Part shown: piece by piece, positions 1-8,357 of the stretch
How positions within the stretch are numbered: the stretch's first letter is position 1
How the letters are laid out: each line of letters starts with the position of its first letter
Origin: an uncultured Gammaproteobacteria bacterium
GTDB taxonomy: Bacteria; Patescibacteriota; Microgenomatia; CAYQLK01
Assembly (NCBI GenBank): GCA_964445355.1
Contig: CAYUKQ010000004.1
Location: 1,028 to 65,027 of the forward strand
Reading direction: 5' to 3'
Length of the DNA: 64,000 nt
Notes under the pieces: generated by a model
Told to the model about the DNA's origin: nothing
What the model saw: only the letters and a program-made list of their open reading frames with translations
Database searches by the model: none
Translations under genes and position numbers: made by a program

Positions 1-1
1 G

Positions 2-1069
2 AGTATTCATGGTAATTTGACAGTGGTTGGTGATGCGTCTCAAGCGATTTATGCATTTCGGGGTGCAGATTTTAGGAATATTGTTAATTTTGAAAGAGAT
101 TTTAAGGATGTTGAAGTAATCAACCTGGAAGAAAATTACCGTTCGACTAATACTATTTTGTCAGCTGCTAATAGTGTAATCGCACAAAACCGAAGTCACC
201 CGGTCCTAAATCTTTGGACAAAAAACGGCGAGGGAGAATTAATAGGAATAATTCAAGCTCCGGATGAACAAGCGGAAGGAAATATTATTGCTTCAGTCAT
301 TATTAATTCCGGCAGAGACTATAAAGATTTTGCAATATTGTACAGAACTAACGCGCAATCCAGATCGATCGAAGAGTCTTTGATCAAGAACGGTGTGCCT
401 TATAACTTGGTCGGCGGAGTGAGATTCTATGATCGAAAAGAGATCAAAGATGTATTGTCGTATATGAGGATTGTGGCCAACCAGAAAGATCTGGTGGCGA
501 ATACGAGAATAATAAAATTGGGTAAGCGTAAATATCAACTGTTTGTTGCAAGGTTGGGTGAAATTAATGTTGAACTGCCCCCAGCCGAGATACTTTCTTT
601 GGTTTTGGAAATTAGCGGTTATACCGATAGATTCGACGAAAAAGATCCTGAAGATGCTGGACGGGTTGAAAATATTCGAGAACTGGCTTCGGTAGCTGAA
701 AAGTTTGGGAACTTGGATGAGTTTTTGGAAAATGTAGCATTGATGGAATCCGGGTCAGAATCTGACAGGAAAAACCGCAGCGGATCTGAGGTAACATTGA
801 TGACAATACATTCTGCTAAGGGGCTGGAGTTTCCAGTAGTTTTCTTGTCAGGCATGGAGGAAGGGCTATTCCCTCATTCAAGATCACTAATTGATCCGGC
901 GCAACTTGAGGAAGAAAGACGTCTTTGTTATGTAGGCATGACCAGAGCCAAAGAGTTACTGTTTTTGACCTATACTACGAATCGTTTATACTTTGGCGTA
1001 AGAAATAGTAGTGTACCCTCAAGATTTTTAGGCGACCTTCCGGAAGAATTGGTTAAAAATTTTGGCTAA
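2..1069 (+). CDS. pcrA: ATP-dependent DNA helicase PcrA/UvrD (5'-truncated by window edge)
   Basis: SF1 motifs VVGDASQAIYAFRGA, LEENYRS, ILYRTNAQS, LMTIHSAKGLEF, EEERRLCYVGMTRA; frame is open back to the window start. Confidence 0.93.
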   Translation, partial: SIHGNLTVVGDASQAIYAFRGADFRNIVNFERDFKDVEVINLEENYRSTNTILSAANSVIAQNRSHPVLNLWTKNGEGELIGIIQAPDEQAEGNIIASVIINSGRDYKDFAILYRTNAQSRSIEESLIKNGVPYNLVGGVRFYDRKEIKDVLSYMRIVANQKDLVANTRIIKLGKRKYQLFVARLGEINVELPPAEILSLVLEISGYTDRFDEKDPEDAGRVENIRELASVAEKFGNLDEFLENVALMESGSESDRKNRSGSEVTLMTIHSAKGLEFPVVFLSGMEEGLFPHSRSLIDPAQLEEERRLCYVGMTRAKELLFLTYTTNRLYFGVRNSSVPSRFLGDLPEELVKNFG

Positions 1070-1092
1070 ACTTAAATTAGTAGAATTAAATA

Positions 1093-2085
1093 ATGGTAAG
1101 ACTTGCAACCAACAAGGATAAGACGAAGTTTGATAAATTCGCCGGTCACGTGATGCAGTCATGGCAATGGGGTGAATTCAGACAAGAAACTGGTAATCGG
1201 GTAATAAGGATTGTTGAAGAAGTTAAGAACGAGACTAATGTATTTACATTAACGGTTCATTCAATCCCTAAAACAAAATATTTGATCGGGTATATGCCAA
1301 AATCAACCTGGCCAAGTGACGATGTATTGAAATTCCTGCAGGACTTAGCAATGAAAGAAAATATTGCTTTTATTAAGATTGAGCCGGATGTAGAAAAAGA
1401 TAAATTTGAATTAAAAAAAACTAAAGTAAGAATCATCAAAAGCAGAAAGGATATTTTTGCAAAAAGTACATTCATCGTCGACCTTGGCAAGCCGGAAGAA
1501 GAATTATTCAGATCGCTTAATCCAAAGACCAGATACAATGTTCGGCTCGCGCAAAAAAATGCAATCAAGATAATAGTTAACGATGATATTGATGGCTTTG
1601 TAAAACTTCAAAAATTGACCGCCAAAAGGAATGGTTTTTATTTACACCCGGATAGCTATTATAAAAAAGTTTATGCCATGCTAAGTCGTCAAAATATGGC
1701 AAAAATAATTAGCGCTAAATACCAAGGGAAGTTGTTAACTTCTTGGGTTATTTTTCGATTCAAAGATACCTGGTACTACCCTTACGGCGGGTCAAGCTCG
1801 GAGTATCGTAATTTGATGCACTCCAATTTGGTCGCTTGGGAAGCAATTAAGCTGGCGAAGAATGAGGGCGGTAAATATTTTGATATGTGGGGAGCATTAG
1901 GCAAGAATCCAAACGAAAAAGACCCTTGGTATGGTTTTCATCGATTCAAGGCTGGCTACGGTGGTCGCCTGGTCGAGTATCCCGGTGCTTATGATCTGGT
2001 GGTTAACACAAAACTGTACACAATTTTAATAGCATTAGATCAGTTTCGTTGGGTATTACTTAGGTTAAAAAAAAGGGTGAGATAA
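1093..2085 (+). CDS. FemABX-family peptidoglycan bridge peptidyltransferase
   Basis: QSWQWGEF, KTRYNVRLA, YPYGGSS, FDMWG, GFHRFKAGYGG motifs typical of FemX/FmhB. Confidence 0.88.
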   Translation: MVRLATNKDKTKFDKFAGHVMQSWQWGEFRQETGNRVIRIVEEVKNETNVFTLTVHSIPKTKYLIGYMPKSTWPSDDVLKFLQDLAMKENIAFIKIEPDVEKDKFELKKTKVRIIKSRKDIFAKSTFIVDLGKPEEELFRSLNPKTRYNVRLAQKNAIKIIVNDDIDGFVKLQKLTAKRNGFYLHPDSYYKKVYAMLSRQNMAKIISAKYQGKLLTSWVIFRFKDTWYYPYGGSSSEYRNLMHSNLVAWEAIKLAKNEGGKYFDMWGALGKNPNEKDPWYGFHRFKAGYGGRLVEYPGAYDLVVNTKLYTILIALDQFRWVLLRLKKRVR

Positions 2086-2097
2086 ACTTCTCACCCT
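2067..2097 (-). terminator. Rho-independent terminator for the minus-strand GC-rich cassette
   Basis: Perfect 9-bp stem AGGGTGAGA (2074-2082) / TCTCACCCT (2089-2097), 6-nt loop; the adjacent A-run reads as a U-tract on the minus strand. Confidence 0.7.
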
Positions 2098-2122
2098 GTA
2101 GGTATTTGCAACTTAGAACATC

Positions 2123-2515
2123 TCAGCCTACCCGCTTCGGGAGATTTCGGCGACGAGGTTTTGGCTCTACCCGGTATTTCTGCAGGATCCGATCGACCCC
2201 TTCAACCAGTGCGCGCTTTTGGAGCGGTGGCAGGTCGGAAAAGCCGGGAGTGACCAGGGTTTGGTTTGGACGGATCTGTTGAGCGTCACTGTGCCAACCC
2301 GGGTAGTTGTCCAGCTCGTAAGCAAAGACGTCTTCGATCGCTGCGGCGATCTCGTTAATCTTGCTGTCCGGCAGGAGCTTGCGGCGTTCGTAAACAGGCA
2401 CAGGGCGGAAGGTGTTGATACGGCCTTGTGCCATTAGCCTCCAAACGCTCTGAAGCCAGTCAGTGACTTCATCGACGGCTTGTTGACGAGCAGATTGCTC
2501 ACTGGTTACTTTCAT
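2123..2515 (-). CDS. Hypothetical protein (130 aa, MKVTSEQ...)
   Basis: ATG at 2515 overlaps the upstream small ORF's TGA (ATGA); preferred over the track's 2707 start. Confidence 0.6.
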   Translation of the reverse strand: MKVTSEQSARQQAVDEVTDWLQSVWRLMAQGRINTFRPVPVYERRKLLPDSKINEIAAAIEDVFAYELDNYPGWHSDAQQIRPNQTLVTPGFSDLPPLQKRALVEGVDRILQKYRVEPKPRRRNLPKRVG

Positions 2516-2655
2516 GGCAGCAGCGGCTCCACGGTGCGGATGATCTTGTCCTTCTGATCGGGACAGATGCGATCCGGACGCATCGGCATGGGCTGTCGCG
2601 GTGATGTAGGCGCGGTTGATGGTGTGGTTCGGGTCGGTGTTTGCGGTGCAGGCAT
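2512..2655 (-). CDS. Unlisted 47-aa Pro/Thr-rich peptide MPAPQTPTRTTPSTAPTSPRQPMPMRPDRICPDQKDKIIRTVEPLLP
   Basis: Translated by hand; AAGGAG upstream; in-frame TTG at 2667 overlaps the upstream gene's TGA and its own TGA overlaps the next ATG. Confidence 0.55.
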   Translation of the reverse strand: MPAPQTPTRTTPSTAPTSPRQPMPMRPDRICPDQKDKIIRTVEPLLP

Positions 2656-2663
2656 ACGGTTTT

Positions 2664-3206
2664 TCAACTCTCCTTTTTGGGCTTGTCTTCGATGCCGTCG
2701 CCATCACTGAGAAGCTCCCAGGTAGCAGGATCTTTGAGGTGTCTCCCGTCCGAGGCGGTGAACGGACGGTCGTGACTCGGTTTCAGCCAGGGCTGTACGT
2801 CGCGACTATCAGGTATCCCCAAATCGGGGAATTGAAAATCGCGAAGAAGTCTAAAGACTTTTTTGAGTAGCCCGACTCCGATATTGACCGTAGCATCCAT
2901 GCTCATGTCGCCGGTTTTGACCCTGCTCTTGATAAGCCAGAGATCGCGCTCACTGACGAGGAGTTCACGGTATTCGGATTCACATCCTTCGTAGAAGTCC
3001 CCGTTCGGCGGGACAAGCTCGTCGTACAGAAACCCCAGACGATAGAGAAGCGATTGCCATGATGATTCGTCGTCGAGATAGGTGGTCGTGCCACGTTGTG
3101 GCTCGATGTGATGAGAAACCGGGTCAGGTGGGTCGATGTTGTCCACAAGGTGGACTACTTCATAGACGTTGAGAAAAAGTCCTCGGACTTCTTCATTGCT
3201 AGACAC
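2664..3206 (-). CDS. Hypothetical acidic protein (180 aa)
   Basis: Strong SD AAGGAGG 7 nt before GTG; no recognisable motif. Confidence 0.7.
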   Translation of the reverse strand: MSSNEEVRGLFLNVYEVVHLVDNIDPPDPVSHHIEPQRGTTTYLDDESSWQSLLYRLGFLYDELVPPNGDFYEGCESEYRELLVSERDLWLIKSRVKTGDMSMDATVNIGVGLLKKVFRLLRDFQFPDLGIPDSRDVQPWLKPSHDRPFTASDGRHLKDPATWELLSDGDGIEDKPKKES

Positions 3207-3309
3207 AGCAGGTCCTCCTTGAAAATATTAGCTTTGATGTTTTGGTTTAAGGTGCCAGAAAAGCGTGAAGCTTATACTGTTGGTCGGAATTATATACCTA
3301 ATATGCAAT

Positions 3310-6198
3310 TTAGGCTAATGAGGCGGGACAAATCTTATTAAATGGACAGTTAGTGCAACTGAATTTGTCGGGTTTTGGTGTAAAGTTTTCTGACTCTACC
3401 CCAGCTTTCACACTATTGATATCTTTGATTGCCGCCTGATAAAGTTTCTCGTCCGGTTTGCGCGAAGCATAAATATTATTTTCGACAAAATACAGCCCGA
3501 TCTCATCAGCGCTGCGATGGAATTTCTCACGATATGCCAAGGCATAAATTCTTAATTGAATCGAGCTATTCACACGCTCTTTTGCTTTTTTGAGATCAAT
3601 ATTTTCTGAAGTTTTGAAATCCATAATGGTGGTCTTACCACCCTGAGTAGTGATCAGATCAAATCGACCGGAAATAACCACGTTTTCGTGAACGAGCGTA
3701 AATTTATCTTCGATAATTAGATTGTCATAAGTAGTGAATTGGTGTTGATCGTAGAAGTTTGAAATTATTGTGTTACCTTTATTGAATATCTCAGACCGAT
3801 TTTGGCTATTGAAAAATCCAACATCTGAAAAATTGTCTTGATAAACTTTTTGCATTTCTTCGAGCGAAATTTGCTTACGTGATTTTTTTGATCGATAGAA
3901 TGCTTCTAGTGATTTGTGAACAGCAGTCCCTAATACCATTGCCCCGGTCTGGCTTTTGGGGAGATTCAAAACATAATTGTACTTATATTGAAGAGGGCAT
4001 GTTAAATAACTATTGATCGAATCTTGGTTGAGTTTAATTAGCCTACCTAAAGACGACTTCGCTGATTTTGTCTGATTAGGGATCAAAGTCAATTGTTCAT
4101 TTGAAGCAAATCGGTTGATCTTTTCAATGGCGTTTAGTTTTGCTGGTACGATCTCTAAATCCTGCTTTCCAAAAGATTCAAGTAAAAATTGTGACGGCTT
4201 CTTGGATCTTGCACCACCATAGTCTTCGGCCCAAGTCAGAAAGAGATGTTTTTTGGCTCTAGTAACCGCAACATAGAAAAGTCTTCTTTCTTCTTGTAGA
4301 TCCGCGAGTCTCGACGATGACTGTGCCTGATTCAGTAATGCTTCAGGAATAATAATTGGCTGGGATTTAGATCTGGTAGGAAAGCGGTCTGAAACTAAAT
4401 TGACAATAAAAACCGCATCAAATTCTAAACCTTTTGAGGAGTGAATGGTTAAGACATTAACCGCTTCAATCGACTGATCAAGAATGGCAGTAGTGGAAAT
4501 ATCACCAGATTCTTCGAGTAGTAGCAGAGTGGTAATGTAGTTAATAACTGAGGGATCAAGAGTTGAGGAAATGAATTCAGAAAGTTTGTCGAAGAATTTT
4601 GAAATGTTTTCAATTCTGCGAATATCTTCAACCTGGTCGGATTTTTGATATTTTTGGAAAATCTTGTGATCAACGATATATATATAGAGTAGTTCAGCAA
4701 CATTTTTTGTTGTTGAAAGGTTTGAATATTTATTAAGATCGTCAATTAATTTTTTAATTTTTTCGAGATTTTTATTGTCGATTTCAAAATCCTTAACTGT
4801 GTCTAATTGGTTTAATAGTGAAAATAATCCAATGTGCCGATTGCGTGAATACGCTGAGATTCTAATCATCAGACTCGCATCGAGGTGATAATAGTCGGAA
4901 ACAGCCAGGTGGTAGATACTTAAATCGTCTTCAAAATTAGCTAGGGATTTGAGAAAAAATATTAGATCCTGTACTTCAGAAGTTTGATATAGCGATGTTG
5001 TGCCGAAGGATTGCACGGGAACTCCAACTGCTTCGAGTGCCCTAATAAAAGGAATGGCGTGATTTGCTGCACGGGACAAAATTGCAATTTGTGAAAAATT
5101 AGTCCCCTGCTTATTAAGTTCCAGAGTTTTTTCAACCACAAGATCTACTTCGTCGGTTAGTGTGGTACCCCGAAGAACTTGAGGTTTATCTGTTGAGATA
5201 TTAGCCGTTGCAACTAATTTTTTGTTTATCCGATTAACATATTCTAGGCGGTCTGGATTGTTGTTTTGAATAACATTGTAGGCCAGGTCAAGTATTTTTT
5301 GATTTGAGCGATAATTTTTGATTAAGACAAATTCTTTGGCTTGGGGATATTTTTTTTTGAAAGATAAAATATTCGAAATTGATGCACCCCTAAATCTATA
5401 TATTGACTGGTCATCGTCTCCAACCACCGTGAGGTTTTGGTGTTTTGAGCTTAGTAAGTTGACCAGGTCGTTTTGTGCACTATTGGTGTCTTGAAACTCA
5501 TCGACAAGAATATATTTGTACATTCTCTGATACCGACTGAGAATTGAAGGGTAATTGTTAAATACTGTTCTGACTATGTAAAGTAAGTCAGAAAAATCAA
5601 CGTAATTACCAAGTCTTTTGAGTTCTTCGTATTTAATAAAACTATTGGCGAGCTCCAAATACTTTAAAGACTCGTCAGAATCTTCGATGGTGTGTGCAAA
5701 ATCCAGAAACTGTTGCGGGTTGATATTTTCTTCTTTGAGATTACTAAAAAGGGAGGTTAAATCTTTCAGAAATTTGAGGGGGTTATTCACAGGTCGGAAA
5801 TAATTAAGATTCAGATCGTAGATCCTCGAACGCAGAAATAATATTTGTTGGTTTTGAGTTAATATCCGGTAATCAGGCGATAAACCGACGTCGTAAGCAA
5901 TGTCGCGCAAAACAGAATCAGCAAATGCATGAAATGTGTATATGGAAATAGAAGAAAAAACATCAGGCAAAAGATCATAAACCCTAAAGTCCATTTCTTC
6001 TGATGCTTTTTCTGTAAAGGTTAGAGCAAGTATCTCCTCGGGAAGAGCGAGTTTTTGATCAATCAGATAGGCAATTTTTCTGGTAATTACTGCAGTCTTG
6101 CCCGTTCCGGCTCCAGCAACGATAAGAATTGGTCCTTGAGTCGTTGTAACTGCTTTTTTTTGCTCAATATTGAGTCCTTTTAGTAAGTCGCGCTTCAT
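3310..6198 (-). CDS. UvrD-like SF1 helicase fused to C-terminal PD-(D/E)XK nuclease with 4 Cys (AdnA/AdnB/AddA-like)
   Basis: AGAGTGKT, VDEFQD, VGDDDQSIYRFRGA, EERRLFYVAVTRA; C-terminal TCPLQY ... SGRFDLI ... MDFKT ... QLRIY ... CTNCPFNKIC. Confidence 0.9.
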   Translation of the reverse strand: MKRDLLKGLNIEQKKAVTTTQGPILIVAGAGTGKTAVITRKIAYLIDQKLALPEEILALTFTEKASEEMDFRVYDLLPDVFSSISIYTFHAFADSVLRDIAYDVGLSPDYRILTQNQQILFLRSRIYDLNLNYFRPVNNPLKFLKDLTSLFSNLKEENINPQQFLDFAHTIEDSDESLKYLELANSFIKYEELKRLGNYVDFSDLLYIVRTVFNNYPSILSRYQRMYKYILVDEFQDTNSAQNDLVNLLSSKHQNLTVVGDDDQSIYRFRGASISNILSFKKKYPQAKEFVLIKNYRSNQKILDLAYNVIQNNNPDRLEYVNRINKKLVATANISTDKPQVLRGTTLTDEVDLVVEKTLELNKQGTNFSQIAILSRAANHAIPFIRALEAVGVPVQSFGTTSLYQTSEVQDLIFFLKSLANFEDDLSIYHLAVSDYYHLDASLMIRISAYSRNRHIGLFSLLNQLDTVKDFEIDNKNLEKIKKLIDDLNKYSNLSTTKNVAELLYIYIVDHKIFQKYQKSDQVEDIRRIENISKFFDKLSEFISSTLDPSVINYITTLLLLEESGDISTTAILDQSIEAVNVLTIHSSKGLEFDAVFIVNLVSDRFPTRSKSQPIIIPEALLNQAQSSSRLADLQEERRLFYVAVTRAKKHLFLTWAEDYGGARSKKPSQFLLESFGKQDLEIVPAKLNAIEKINRFASNEQLTLIPNQTKSAKSSLGRLIKLNQDSINSYLTCPLQYKYNYVLNLPKSQTGAMVLGTAVHKSLEAFYRSKKSRKQISLEEMQKVYQDNFSDVGFFNSQNRSEIFNKGNTIISNFYDQHQFTTYDNLIIEDKFTLVHENVVISGRFDLITTQGGKTTIMDFKTSENIDLKKAKERVNSSIQLRIYALAYREKFHRSADEIGLYFVENNIYASRKPDEKLYQAAIKDINSVKAGVESENFTPKPDKFSCTNCPFNKICPASLA

Positions 6199-6233
6199 GT
6201 GCTACAATCATAACACTAAGAGGAAAAATACAA

Positions 6234-7343
6234 ATGTTACCCGAAACATTAATTGTAATTATTACCAGTTTTGTACTTGTTGTTGCAGTATTACTTTTGT
6301 TTTTTTGGTTGTTTAAGAAATACTTTCAGCAGAATTTTGAAGTGATTAGCGACAAGGCGATGAATAAAAACGTTAAAAATATTATCGAACTTGCCAAAAG
6401 CGAACTATCAAGTGAAAAAGAGGCAATAAATATTGACTTAAAAAATAAGCAGGACTCAATTGAGAAACTTGTTAAGGGATTACAGCAAGAAATTAATGAT
6501 CGACAAAAAGAAATTCAGCAAATGGAACAAAGCCGCAACAAAAGCTATGGAGATATCACTCGGGCGATCGCTGAGCATCAAAAAATTACTGAGGACTTAA
6601 AAGTCACTACACAAAATTTGGGCAGAGTTTTGTCAAATAATCAATCTAGAGGACAATGGGGTGAGCATATTATTGAAGGACTGCTTGAACAAGCCGGTTT
6701 AATTGAAAATATTCACTTCCTTAGACAATCACCTCTTCCAAACTCTGAGGTTAAGCCGGATATTACTTTACTGCTTCCAGGCAAAAAAGTATTAGCTGTT
6801 GATGTCAAATTTCCATATCAGGCAATACAACGTATGGTTGATGCAGAAGATCAGATTACCAGAGATACTGAGAAAAAAACTTTTAAAAGCGATGTTTCTG
6901 CAAAACTAAAACAGGTTGAAAAATATATCGACACAGAGAAAGGCACACTCGACTATGCAGTGATGTTCGTGCCTAACGAGGCGTTGTTTAGTTTTATTAC
7001 CAAAGAATTCGCAGAAGTAATTAATGAGGCATTCAAAAAAAAGATCTTAATCGTTTCCCCATTCTCTTTTATCCCGATCACAAAAACTGTTTTGGAAATG
7101 CATAAAAGTTTTACTATGGAGAATAGTTTGAGGAATTTGATGGTAATGTTTGCTGATTTTTCCAAACAATGGGGTATGTTCAAAAATGAGTTTGATAAGT
7201 TTGATAAATCAATTAAGTCGCTTCGTGATAATTATGACCAAATAAGTACGACCCGTTTTAAGGAAATGGATCGAAGAGTAAAAAAGATCGAAAGCCACAG
7301 TGTCGGACAGATTGAAAAGGAAGAAATAAAATTAATTGAGTAA
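6234..7343 (+). CDS. rmuC: DNA recombination protein RmuC
   Basis: N-terminal TM, coiled coil, RGQWGE, KPDITLLLP, VDVKFP, AVMFVPNEA. Confidence 0.88.
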   Translation: MLPETLIVIITSFVLVVAVLLLFFWLFKKYFQQNFEVISDKAMNKNVKNIIELAKSELSSEKEAINIDLKNKQDSIEKLVKGLQQEINDRQKEIQQMEQSRNKSYGDITRAIAEHQKITEDLKVTTQNLGRVLSNNQSRGQWGEHIIEGLLEQAGLIENIHFLRQSPLPNSEVKPDITLLLPGKKVLAVDVKFPYQAIQRMVDAEDQITRDTEKKTFKSDVSAKLKQVEKYIDTEKGTLDYAVMFVPNEALFSFITKEFAEVINEAFKKKILIVSPFSFIPITKTVLEMHKSFTMENSLRNLMVMFADFSKQWGMFKNEFDKFDKSIKSLRDNYDQISTTRFKEMDRRVKKIESHSVGQIEKEEIKLIE

Positions 7344-7374
7344 AATAAAATTAATTCCTTTGTTAAATTAATAA

Positions 7375-7746
7375 ATGAAAAAACCAATTGTTATTATTTG
7401 GCTAATAATATTGTTCAGCTGGTCCGGCGTGATTTGGGTGGCAAACCTTCGTAATGTTGAGGACGAAAAAAACCAAATGCTTCTGTTTGGACTGCTATTG
7501 CCGGCCATGGTTTTTTCTATATCGTTTTTGGTTTTTCTAGTAAGAATTATTCTTAGTCGGGGTCAGGATGAGAGAGTTGTTTATAAATCCAGCTTTTGGT
7601 GGACTTTATTACCAGTAAGTGCAGTATTGATTGGAATGTTTTTAAAAACAAGGCAAATGCTTGATATTGTTTACTTATTTTTACTTACGGGAATTGTGAT
7701 ATCTGGCGGAATGTTTTTAAAATTCAGCCTGAAAAGGGGCCGTTAA
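7375..7746 (+). CDS. Small integral membrane protein (about 4 TM)
   Basis: Hydrophobic 123-aa ORF filling the gap. Confidence 0.6.
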   Translation: MKKPIVIIWLIILFSWSGVIWVANLRNVEDEKNQMLLFGLLLPAMVFSISFLVFLVRIILSRGQDERVVYKSSFWWTLLPVSAVLIGMFLKTRQMLDIVYLFLLTGIVISGGMFLKFSLKRGR

Positions 7747-8243
7747 TTTAGCTTACCTTTATTGGATGGCACAATGACAATATCCTCCTGCCATCCATCG
7801 CTATTGGTGTTTAAAATATTGCCAGCATTGTCTGTTACGTGAATATCTAAGGTTATAGATTTGACATCCAATCCTGAAACATCCCATTTATAAACATATG
7901 GTGACTCGGTTAAGGTTGCAAGTTTTTCCCACTGACCTTTCGACTTGTAGAATAATTCAACATTTTTTACCCCACTTTGATCATCTGATGCTTCGACGGT
8001 AATGTTGACAGAGTTGCTATTAATGACGGATCCAGTGATTGGTGTGATTATGCGCCCCTTGGGTGCAGTGACATCTGATTCGGGTGATTTTTGGTTTTTG
8101 TTTATAGCTTGAAAGGTTAAAAATACCGCGAAGGAGAAAATTAGGACCAATACGACCAAACCGGTCAAATTAATATTTCTTTTGTTAACTTTTTGGTTCA
8201 CGGATTCGGGTGTAAGTGATGTTTTTTGTTCACTTGATTTCAT
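7743..8243 (-). CDS. Membrane-anchored bacterial Ig-like domain protein
   Basis: One TM then ITVEASDDQSGVKNVELF...PYVYKWD...VTDNAGN Big-domain pattern. Confidence 0.75.
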   Translation of the reverse strand: MKSSEQKTSLTPESVNQKVNKRNINLTGLVVLVLIFSFAVFLTFQAINKNQKSPESDVTAPKGRIITPITGSVINSNSVNITVEASDDQSGVKNVELFYKSKGQWEKLATLTESPYVYKWDVSGLDVKSITLDIHVTDNAGNILNTNSDGWQEDIVIVPSNKGKLN

Positions 8244-8357
8244 ATTAGTGGAATTATAGTGTGTATTTTATCATTACTTGCAGACATAATTAGTAATGCT
8301 ATAGCAAAATAAAAAATGTGTGTATCTTTTGCTATAATTTGACTTCGAAAAAGCCTA

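Noticed and set aside
2516-2707. N-terminal 64 aa of the track's 2123..2707 ORF
   Set aside because: Overlaps the upstream gene by 44 nt and is better explained by the coupled 47-aa ORF plus a start at 2515
3310-4020. Cas4 / CRISPR adaptation gene
   Set aside because: The Cas4-like Cys nuclease domain is fused to a UvrD helicase, and no cas1 or array is present
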